This document shows positions 10,828-18,044 of a stretch of DNA of 32,000 nucleotides, piece after piece. Under the pieces are notes generated by a model. It made no database searches, was not told the origin of the DNA, and was given only the letters and a program-made list of their open reading frames with translations. This stretch comes from Thermosulfurimonas dismutans (GTDB lineage: Bacteria > Desulfobacterota > Thermodesulfobacteria > Thermodesulfobacteriales > Thermodesulfobacteriaceae). Location of the stretch: the NCBI RefSeq assembly GCF_001652585.1, contig NZ_LWLG01000002.1, forward strand, positions 150,001 to 182,000, written 5' to 3'. Position numbers and translations under genes: made by a program. Position 1 is the first letter of the stretch. Each line of letters opens with the position of its first letter.

Positions 10828-12000
10828 ATGATCATCATCCTCAAGCCCGATATCGATCCCTCCGGACCAGAGGTCAAACAGATCCTAAACACCCTACATT
10901 ATTATCAAGGTGTCCAAACGCGCATTTCCGGGGTCACAGGTAAAGAAAGGAAGGTCATCGAAATCTACGTCATTGGTGACACTTCCCGTATCCCTGATGA
11001 AGAGGTAGAAAGGCTACCGGGAGTAGAGAAAGTGGTCCGGGTCTCCAAAAAGTATCGCCTTATTGGACGCCATAGGGAAGATTTAGAAAGTCTAGGATTT
11101 GAATACAACGGTCTTTATTTCGATCAGGATTCCTTTCATATTTTTGCGGGCCTATGCGCCGTGGATACTCCCCAGAATGTAGAAAAAATGTTTAAGGCCT
11201 TGAGAGAAGTCGGTATTACCACCTCTCGTATGGGGGCCTATAAACCCCGCACCAACCCTTATTCCTTCCAGGGACATGGACGTAAATGTCTACCTTGGCT
11301 TTTTGAACTCGCAGGGAAATACGGCGTCAAATGTATAGCTATGGAAGTCACCAAGGAAATACATATTGAAGAGATTTATGAAGAACTGGAGCGGGCTGGA
11401 CGCCCTACCGGGGTAATGCTTCAAATCGGAACTCGAAACGCTCAGAACTTCGAACTTCTTAAAGCCGTAGGCAGTCAAAAGGAGTTTCCTGTACTTTATA
11501 AGCGCGGCATGGGCATAACGTTAGAAGAATCACTCAATGCCTGTGAATACATAGCCAGCGAAGGCAATCGTAACATTATATTTTGTCTTAGAGGAGTCAA
11601 AACCAATCTTGGAGACCCTCATCGCAACCTGGTGGATTTCGCCCATGTACCGGTAGTCAAAAGTCTTACCCGTCTTCCCGTTTGTGTGGATCCTACCCAT
11701 TCCGTAGGCCGAAGACACTTCGCCCCCGACGGTATTCAGGAAATATTTCATATCGCTGCTCAAGGGGTCATCGCCGGGGCCAACGCCATCCTGGTGGAAT
11801 TTCATCCCAACCCGGAAGAGGCCCTTTGCGACGGTCCTCAGGCCCTAACCCTTGAGGAATTGCCTCATTTTGTGGAGGATATGCGACTAGTGCGTGAGGC
11901 CTATCTGGCTAGAAAGGCCTTGGCTCAAAAGTATGCCCATAGAATTATATCCCGGGAGGCTCACAATGGTTTGTCACTACCTTCAGCATGTGCCTTTTGA
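10828..12000 (+). CDS. 3-deoxy-7-phosphoheptulonate (DAHP) synthase, class I-beta with an N-terminal ferredoxin-like regulatory domain
   Basis: The N-terminal MIIILKPD...EKVVRVSKKYRLIGRH resembles the Thermotoga-type regulatory domain. Catalytic-barrel motifs are KPRTNPYSFQG, VDPTHS and ILVEFHPNPEEALCDGPQ. The roughly 25-aa C-terminal tail overlaps the next gene. Confidence 0.85.
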   Translation: MIIILKPDIDPSGPEVKQILNTLHYYQGVQTRISGVTGKERKVIEIYVIGDTSRIPDEEVERLPGVEKVVRVSKKYRLIGRHREDLESLGFEYNGLYFDQDSFHIFAGLCAVDTPQNVEKMFKALREVGITTSRMGAYKPRTNPYSFQGHGRKCLPWLFELAGKYGVKCIAMEVTKEIHIEEIYEELERAGRPTGVMLQIGTRNAQNFELLKAVGSQKEFPVLYKRGMGITLEESLNACEYIASEGNRNIIFCLRGVKTNLGDPHRNLVDFAHVPVVKSLTRLPVCVDPTHSVGRRHFAPDGIQEIFHIAAQGVIAGANAILVEFHPNPEEALCDGPQALTLEELPHFVEDMRLVREAYLARKALAQKYAHRIISREAHNGLSLPSACAF

Positions 12001-12655
12001 AACTCCTAGAGCCATCTTCGAGTGGGCAAGGGATAGAGGCCTACAGATCTCCGGGACTCGTCTTTTTTTGAACGAATCCCTTCCCGAGTCCTTGCCAGAT
12101 TTTCTCATCATCATGGGCGGCCCCATGGGAGTTCACGATGAAGATCGCTATCCATGGATGCCTGAAGAAAAGGCCTATATCAAAAAAAGTATTGAAAATG
12201 GGATCAAGATCCTGGGGATCTGCTTAGGAGCTCAACTTTTAGCCGAACTTTTAGGCGCAGAAGTCACCAAAAACCCTTACAAAGAAATCGGATGGTTCCC
12301 GGTACGCTTAACCAAAGAAGCCCTGGCTCATCCTCTTTTTGAGGGTTTCCCCGAAGAATTTCAGGCCTTTCATTGGCATGGGGAGACCTTTGCCATCCCA
12401 AAAGGGGCTATTCCCCTAGCCTATTCCGAAGCTTGTCGCAATCAGGCCTTCCTCTATCAGGAGCGTATTTTGGGGCTTCAATTCCATCTAGAAATGACCC
12501 CTGAAGGAGCAGCCGAGCTCTTAGAAAACTCCAAGGAAGATCTTGAACCCGGCCCTTATGTCCAGAACCAGGAAGAAATTCTTGGCGAGCCCTCTCTCTA
12601 TCACGAGACGCGTGAGCTTTTATTCAAGCTCCTTGATCGTTTTATAAGACTCTAG
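11966..12655 (+). CDS. Class I glutamine amidotransferase (GMP-synthase-like GATase domain protein)
   Basis: It has the nucleophile elbow GICLGAQLL and an HWH ... FHLE His/Glu pair. I chose the ATG at 11966, with GGGAGG 7 nt upstream, over the ORF start at 11894. Confidence 0.75.
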   Translation: MVCHYLQHVPFETPRAIFEWARDRGLQISGTRLFLNESLPESLPDFLIIMGGPMGVHDEDRYPWMPEEKAYIKKSIENGIKILGICLGAQLLAELLGAEVTKNPYKEIGWFPVRLTKEALAHPLFEGFPEEFQAFHWHGETFAIPKGAIPLAYSEACRNQAFLYQERILGLQFHLEMTPEGAAELLENSKEDLEPGPYVQNQEEILGEPSLYHETRELLFKLLDRFIRL

Positions 12656-13498
12656 CCTTCGAGCTAACAACAGATACTTCTCAGGAGGCAAGGCTTCTGC
12701 CCTTATATCAAGAGGAATATCTAGCTCTCGGAAGATAACTTCTAAAAGACCGGGCTCAACCTTGAGAAGAGAAAGGTTGCGTATAAGTTTCTTTCGTCTG
12801 CGAGAAAAAGCCGTCTTTATAAGACGGAAAAGATCAAAGGGGCAATCTACGTCCCTAAATCTTAACTTTATCACCGCCGAGGCCACTTCCGGTGGAGGAT
12901 AAAACTGAGCTGGTGAGAGGTTCATAAGCCTTTTGGCCTCGGTAAGAAGTGCGGTGAGTACCGAAAGGATGCCATAGAGTTTGGTTCCAGGAGGCGAGAG
13001 CAGGCGGTCAACCACCTCCTTTTGAAACATGAAAACGCAAAGCGCTATGGCCTCGTGACGCTCGTAAAGCTCGAAAAGCAAACGACTCGAAAGGTAATAG
13101 GGAAGATTCCCAAAAAGAACAAGCCTTTGGCCCACTTCTCTGGAAAGCTCCAGATAATCCAGCTTCAGGATATCTCCTCTACGCACCTCCACGTTTGAAG
13201 GCAAAAAGGCTTCCCTTTCAAGGATGGCCATAAGTTGGGGATCAATCTCATAGGCGATGACCCGTCGAACTCTCTGGGCGAGAGCATGGGTAAGGATCCC
13301 CAATCCGGCACCGAGCTCAACTACGGTGGCCTCTTTGTCTACTCCCGAAAGCTCCACTATCCTTTCAGCCACCTCATAGCGGGCCAGAAAATGTTGCCCC
13401 AGGGACTTTCGAGGACGAAGGCCATGACGGGCAAGTAATTCTTTCGGGCCCGGCGGTTTAGCCCGGATATCTAGGAAACTGGCTTCGGGCATAGACAT
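12620..13498 (-). CDS. rsmA: 16S rRNA (adenine1518/1519-N6)-dimethyltransferase RsmA/KsgA
   Basis: Motifs are KSLGQHFL, the SAM motif VVELGAGLGILT, and GNLPYY. The start is taken at the internal Met (13498 or 13492). The longer ORF would run deep into tsaD. Confidence 0.85.
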   Translation of the reverse strand: MSMPEASFLDIRAKPPGPKELLARHGLRPRKSLGQHFLARYEVAERIVELSGVDKEATVVELGAGLGILTHALAQRVRRVIAYEIDPQLMAILEREAFLPSNVEVRRGDILKLDYLELSREVGQRLVLFGNLPYYLSSRLLFELYERHEAIALCVFMFQKEVVDRLLSPPGTKLYGILSVLTALLTEAKRLMNLSPAQFYPPPEVASAVIKLRFRDVDCPFDLFRLIKTAFSRRRKKLIRNLSLLKVEPGLLEVIFRELDIPLDIRAEALPPEKYLLLARRLESYKTIKELE

Positions 13499-14468
13499 CG
13501 AGTTTGAGATCCGCGGTATTGCCGGCCATAAACTCATAATAACCGGCAATGGCCACCATAGCGGCGTTATCCGTGCAGTAAACCGGAGGTGGAAAGTAAA
13601 CCTCAAGGCCCTCGGTTTCGGCCAGCTTTGCGAAACTTTCTCTGAGTCTACGGTTGGCGGCTACTCCTCCTGAGACCACTAACCTTTTAAGGCCTAGTTG
13701 TTTAAGAGCCCTTCGGGACTTTTCCATCAGGACTTCGCAGACCGCAGTCTCAAAGGCCGCACATAGATCGTGTACCATAAAGGCTCGGCCGCTTCGAACC
13801 AGATTCAAAACCGCGGTTTTAAGTCCTGAAAAGCTGAAATCCAGATCCGGACTGTCCAGCATGGGGCGAGGAAGGTCGATCTTGGAAGCTTCTCCAGTTT
13901 CCGCCAAACGACTGATAAGTGGTCCTCCGGGATACCCCAAATCGAGGAGCTTAGCCACTTTATCGAAGGCCTCCCCCGCAGCGTCATCGCGGGTCTGTCC
14001 CAGGAGATAATGCTCGGTCGGAGATTTTACTAGGAAAAGGGCTGTGTGCCCCCCGGAAACCACAAGACTTATAAAGGGAAATTCTATCGGCTTCTCAAGA
14101 AAGATAGCCAGGCTGTGGGCCTTCACGTGGTCTACCGGAGAAAGGGATTTGTTGAGACCATAGGCCAGGGCCTTCGCAAAGGAAACCCCGACGACGAGGG
14201 AGCCTACTAGCCCCGGACCGTTAGTCACTGCCAGTAAATCTATGGCGGAAAGCTCTACCCTGGCTTCGCGCAAAGCCTCCTGACATAAAGCATAGATGAC
14301 CTCCACATGCTTACGGGAAGCAATTTCAGGCACTATGCCTCCAAAAGGCCGGTGGAAAGCCACCTGCGAGGCCACCAGGCTCGAACGGACAGATAAGCCT
14401 TTTTTCCCCACTTCCACCACCGCGACGGCGGTCTCATCACAGGAACTCTCTATACCAAGTACTAACAT
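13458..14468 (-). CDS. tsaD: tRNA N6-adenosine threonylcarbamoyltransferase TsaD (Kae1/Gcp)
   Basis: 336 aa. Motifs are LVLGIESSCDETAVAVV, HVKAH, SGGHT and VSGGVAANRRLR. Confidence 0.92.
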   Translation of the reverse strand: MLVLGIESSCDETAVAVVEVGKKGLSVRSSLVASQVAFHRPFGGIVPEIASRKHVEVIYALCQEALREARVELSAIDLLAVTNGPGLVGSLVVGVSFAKALAYGLNKSLSPVDHVKAHSLAIFLEKPIEFPFISLVVSGGHTALFLVKSPTEHYLLGQTRDDAAGEAFDKVAKLLDLGYPGGPLISRLAETGEASKIDLPRPMLDSPDLDFSFSGLKTAVLNLVRSGRAFMVHDLCAAFETAVCEVLMEKSRRALKQLGLKRLVVSGGVAANRRLRESFAKLAETEGLEVYFPPPVYCTDNAAMVAIAGYYEFMAGNTADLKLDVYARSQFPRYPG

Positions 14469-14522
14469 GACGTATAATATAGCATCTTGAGAAAGGGTTT
14501 CAGCCGACGACCTTAAAAGCTT

Positions 14523-15251
14523 ATGAAAAGTTTAGATGAATTTCGAAAACGGGTAACCGGACATCGGGAAAGGCTGAGGCGCCGTTTCCTGGAATACGGA
14601 CTCTCGGCCTTTACGGATGAAGATATCCTAGAGATGTTACTGGCCTTTGGCACTCCGCGAAAAGACACCCGAGGGCTGGCCCGAGAACTGCTTCGTCGTT
14701 TCGGAAGCCTTCCGGAGGTCCTTGAGACCCCTTTGGAGAAACTCACCGAGGTCCCGGGAATCGGAACCAAAAACGTTTTGCCTTTGAAATTCGTACACGA
14801 AGTTGCCCGGAGATATCTTCGACGTCGCATAGAGAATCGGGAATACATTCGGAGTGCCAGAGAAGTCTACGAATATCTGGCACACGAGCTTGCCGACCGC
14901 CCGCAAGAAATTTTCAAGGTCCTTTTTCTTGATTCGCGAGGGAGGATCCTTGCGGTAGAGGAACTCTTTAGAGGAACCCTTAATGAAAGCGCAGTCTATC
15001 CGCGGGAAATATTCTCCAGAGCCTTAAACTTCAAAGCCGCTTCCTTAGTGCTGGTTCATAACCATCCCAGCGGCGACCCCTCACCTTCCTCCGAAGACGT
15101 CTCCCTAACTCGCAGACTCATTTTGGCGGCTCAGGTCCTTGGTCTCCAAATTCTAGACCATGTTATTATAGGTCGTGAGGGTTATTTCAGTTTCGCGGAA
15201 GAAGGACTCATCCACACCATCAAGCAAGAACTTGCTAGGGTGAAACTATGA
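14523..15251 (+). CDS. radC: RadC-family JAB/MPN domain protein
   Basis: The N-terminal HhH-like region contains LLAFGTPRKD and LTEVPGIGTK. The C-terminal JAB motif is HNHPSGDPSPSSEDVSLT. Confidence 0.85.
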   Translation: MKSLDEFRKRVTGHRERLRRRFLEYGLSAFTDEDILEMLLAFGTPRKDTRGLARELLRRFGSLPEVLETPLEKLTEVPGIGTKNVLPLKFVHEVARRYLRRRIENREYIRSAREVYEYLAHELADRPQEIFKVLFLDSRGRILAVEELFRGTLNESAVYPREIFSRALNFKAASLVLVHNHPSGDPSPSSEDVSLTRRLILAAQVLGLQILDHVIIGREGYFSFAEEGLIHTIKQELARVKL

Positions 15252-16903
15252 AAGTTCAAATTGCAAGGAAGGCTGGTTTTTGTATGGGGGTAAGACGGGC
15301 CATGCGCCTGGCCCTCAAGGCTGCCGAGACCTCGGGGAAACCGGTTTACACCTATGGCCCTCTCATCCATAATCCCCAAGCCTTGGAGCTTCTGGAAAAA
15401 CTCGGCATCCGAGATCTCAAAAAAGTGGCTAGGGCCGAAGGGGGTATCGTTATCATCAGAGCGCATGGTATTCCCCCTGAAGAAAAAGAAGAACTCCTCC
15501 ATTCAGGCTTTGAGGTCGTTGATGGCACCTGCCCCAGGGTGGCCAAAGTTCAGGCCCTGGCCCGAAAGTACACTCAAGATGGGTATCAGGTCGTTATCAT
15601 AGGAGACAAGGATCATGCCGAAGTAAAAGGCATTCTGGGCTATACCTCCGGAAAAGGTATAGTAGTAAGCAACTTCCAAGACCTCGAAAGTCTTCCGCCC
15701 CTAAAAAAATACGTCATTCTCTCTCAAACCACCCAGGACGAAGAAATCTTTGAACTCCTTTCCCAAGAGATCCTCTCAAAATATTCCGGAGGTCGGGTCA
15801 TAAACACCATCTGTCATGCTACTCACGTAAGACAAGAAAGTATCCGAGAGCTAGCCCGAGAATGCGAAGCCATCGTAGTAGTAGGAGGCCGAGGAAGTGC
15901 CAACACCAATCGCCTAGTGCAGATAGCTCGGGAGGAAAATCGAACAGCCTACTTAGTAGAAACCCCGGAAGAACTTCCATTGGAGGAACTCTCTAAATTT
16001 CAAAAAATAGGGGTCAGCGCAGGCGCTTCCACCCCGAACTGGCTTATAAACGGGGTGGTAGAAAAACTGGCGGCGGCCGGAAACCCTTTGCGGAAGCTAT
16101 TATGGATCCTCCTCAACTCCCACCTGATCCTTGCCGGTGGCCTCTCGGCCTTATATGCTGGAACGAGCCTATGGTTGGGGTCTGGACCTAAAGTGCCCCT
16201 TTTATTGGCCGCCTTTTTTCTGGCCTTTTTTGCCCATACCTGGAACTCTCTGGTAGCCATAGGTCCCCTTTCGCTGTGCAATCCTTACAAGGCCCGGCTA
16301 TTCAAAGAACACGAGCGCCTTTTGGTGATCTTGACTTTACTTTCCCTTGCGGGGGCCCTGATCTGTACTTTTCGTGCCGGACCGGGTTACTTGATATTAA
16401 CCGCTATTTTAGGGGGATTATGTGCTCCTTATAGCATTTCTCCTTTAAGAAGGATGTTTCTCGGGAATCGAACCATCTTCATCGCTCTCTTTTGGACCAC
16501 CGTAGCTCTCCTATTTGCTTTGAACTTTCCTGTGCCTATCCAAAACCTCTTGATCTTTGGCGTTCTCACCTTAACGCTTTCGGCCTTTCGTGCCCTCTAT
16601 ATTGACCTCATGGATCTCTTTGAAGACGGTTTTCTGGGACAAGAATCCTTGGCGGCTTCATTGGGAGAAAAAAGAGCTATTTATACTCTTGGCTTTCTCA
16701 TCCTCATTGGTGCAACCTCCACTTTAGGAGCTATAAAGGCCTATGGCCTCAAAGCTCTTGGTCTTTTACCTCTATGGTTATACGGGATCTTCCTGGTATT
16801 TGTTCTCCGAAAAAAACCCCTTGGCCAGCGATTAAAGCTTGAATACCTCGGAGAAGGCTTGATCTATTGGTATTTAATACTGAGCCTTCTTGCGACAAAA
16901 TAA
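15248..16903 (+). CDS. ispH: 4-hydroxy-3-methylbut-2-enyl diphosphate reductase (IspH/LytB) fused to a C-terminal polytopic membrane domain (UbiA-like)
   Basis: Residues 1-280 are IspH, with the three cluster cysteines (GFCMGV, DGTCP, NTICHAT) and SAGASTP. Residues 280-551 are about eight hydrophobic helices with a UbiA-type second motif YIDLMDLFEDGFLGQESLAASLGEKRA. There is an ATGA overlap with radC. Confidence 0.85.
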   Translation: MKVQIARKAGFCMGVRRAMRLALKAAETSGKPVYTYGPLIHNPQALELLEKLGIRDLKKVARAEGGIVIIRAHGIPPEEKEELLHSGFEVVDGTCPRVAKVQALARKYTQDGYQVVIIGDKDHAEVKGILGYTSGKGIVVSNFQDLESLPPLKKYVILSQTTQDEEIFELLSQEILSKYSGGRVINTICHATHVRQESIRELARECEAIVVVGGRGSANTNRLVQIAREENRTAYLVETPEELPLEELSKFQKIGVSAGASTPNWLINGVVEKLAAAGNPLRKLLWILLNSHLILAGGLSALYAGTSLWLGSGPKVPLLLAAFFLAFFAHTWNSLVAIGPLSLCNPYKARLFKEHERLLVILTLLSLAGALICTFRAGPGYLILTAILGGLCAPYSISPLRRMFLGNRTIFIALFWTTVALLFALNFPVPIQNLLIFGVLTLTLSAFRALYIDLMDLFEDGFLGQESLAASLGEKRAIYTLGFLILIGATSTLGAIKAYGLKALGLLPLWLYGIFLVFVLRKKPLGQRLKLEYLGEGLIYWYLILSLLATK

Positions 16904-17365
16904 ATGGTCTTTTCCGAAAGGGACCTATACTTCATGCGAGAGGCCCTGCGAGAGGCTGAAGCTGCAGCCCGGAAGGGAGAGGTCCCCGTAGGCGCGATCC
17001 TGGTTTCAGAAGAAGGAGACATTCTTGCTCGTGCCCACAACCAACCTATTTCCCTCTGTGATCCTACCGCTCATGCTGAGATCTTGGCCCTAAGGGAAGG
17101 AGCCAAACGGCTGGGAAATTACCGCCTCCTCGGTACTACGCTTTACGTCACCCTTGAGCCCTGTCCCATGTGCGCAGGCGCGCTGGTTTATGCTAGAGTA
17201 AAAAGATTGGTCTTCGGAGCCAGGGATGCAAAATCCGGGGCCTGTGGTACTATATATAACATCGTAAATGATGAGCGTTTAAACCATAGGCTTGAGGTTA
17301 TTTCGGGGCTATTAGCGGAAGAAGCTGCGAGGCTTCTGCGAGATTTCTTCAAAATCCGGCGGTAA
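16904..17365 (+). CDS. tadA: tRNA adenosine(34) deaminase TadA
   Basis: 153 aa with the CDA zinc motifs HAE and PCPMCAGA. The start abuts the ispH stop (TAAATG). Confidence 0.9.
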   Translation: MVFSERDLYFMREALREAEAAARKGEVPVGAILVSEEGDILARAHNQPISLCDPTAHAEILALREGAKRLGNYRLLGTTLYVTLEPCPMCAGALVYARVKRLVFGARDAKSGACGTIYNIVNDERLNHRLEVISGLLAEEAARLLRDFFKIRR

Positions 17366-17366
17366 C

Positions 17367-17460
17367 GGAGGGGTGCCCGAGTGGTCGAAGGGGGCCGACT
17401 CGAAATCGGCTGTGCGGGCTAAAACCCGCACCGGGGGTTCGAATCCCTCCCCCTCCGCCA
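17367..17460 (+). tRNA. tRNA-Ser (anticodon CGA), class II with a long variable arm and a genomically encoded CCA
   Basis: I folded it by hand. The acceptor stem is GGAGGGG/CCCCTCC. The anticodon stem-loop is GCCGA-CTCGAAA-TCGGC. The variable arm is TGTGCGGGCTAAAACCCGCACC and the T-loop is TTCGAAT. It ends in GCCA. Confidence 0.9.
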
Positions 17461-17474
17461 AAGCCATACCTACC

Positions 17475-17777
17475 TCAGGAGCAAAGTTTTTCTTTTACGC
17501 TTTTTATTTTGGTTCCTAGATGGACTTCCTTATCTCGCCTATCGTCTATTTTTAAAACCGTGTAAACTCGCTGGACCCCAGCCTTAAAGGGAACCTCGTG
17601 AAGCTTTTTGGCTATATCCAAAAGCTTAGCAATCTCGCCCTCGATAATGGTCCCCATATCGGTTAAAGTGTAAGGAATACCTTTTTCCTTTAAATATTTC
17701 TCCATTTCTGCTATGTATTTACTCAAACTCGTAGATCCTGTGCCCAAGGGAACGACACTAATTTCCATAAGGGCCAT
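17475..17777 (-). CDS. MTH1187/YkoF-family (UPF0045, DUF77) small thiamine/HMP-binding-like protein
   Basis: 100 aa. The pattern MEISVVPLGTGSTSLSKYIAE...TLTDMGTIIEG...YTVLKIDDRRDK is typical of the family. A GGAGG SD precedes the ATG. Confidence 0.75.
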   Translation of the reverse strand: MALMEISVVPLGTGSTSLSKYIAEMEKYLKEKGIPYTLTDMGTIIEGEIAKLLDIAKKLHEVPFKAGVQRVYTVLKIDDRRDKEVHLGTKIKSVKEKLCS

Positions 17778-17942
17778 GACTACCTCCTTATAGAGTAATC
17801 TTAGACTTTATTATCTCAGACTTATCGCTGAACTTTAAGTCGTAGCACCGAGAGACTTCAGCTACGGTTGCTACATACAACCTGTTCAGTCCTTGAGAGG
17901 GACCGCTTCGGCAAAAATTTTTAGATATTTTATCCACCTATT

Positions 17943-17972
17943 TTGCATTCCGTGAACTTATAAGGCTATTAA
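17943..17972 (+). promoter_or_regulatory. Candidate sigma70-type promoter for cooS
   Basis: TTGCAT (17943-17948) is followed by an 18-nt spacer and TATTAA (17967-17972), about 70 nt upstream of the cooS ATG. This is sequence resemblance only. Confidence 0.25.
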
Positions 17973-18044
17973 TCAATTTTTACCTCTCCACTTCATAGAT
18001 CTCCGGATATATAGAGTCCAATAACCCGTATAAGGAGGTTCATC

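Noticed and set aside
17778-17900. Possible TPP riboswitch upstream of the YkoF/MTH1187-like gene on the minus strand. It reads GGUGCUAC-[GACUUA...UAAGUC]-UGAGA, which resembles the TPP pyrimidine-sensor helix.
   Set aside because: The obligatory downstream half is absent on that strand between the UGAGA and the start codon. That half comprises the ACCC pairing, ACCUGAUC, the GG-UAAU-CC hairpin and GCG..AGGGA. Only about 45 nt remain and they are AU-rich. An ACCTG-like string exists only on the opposite strand.
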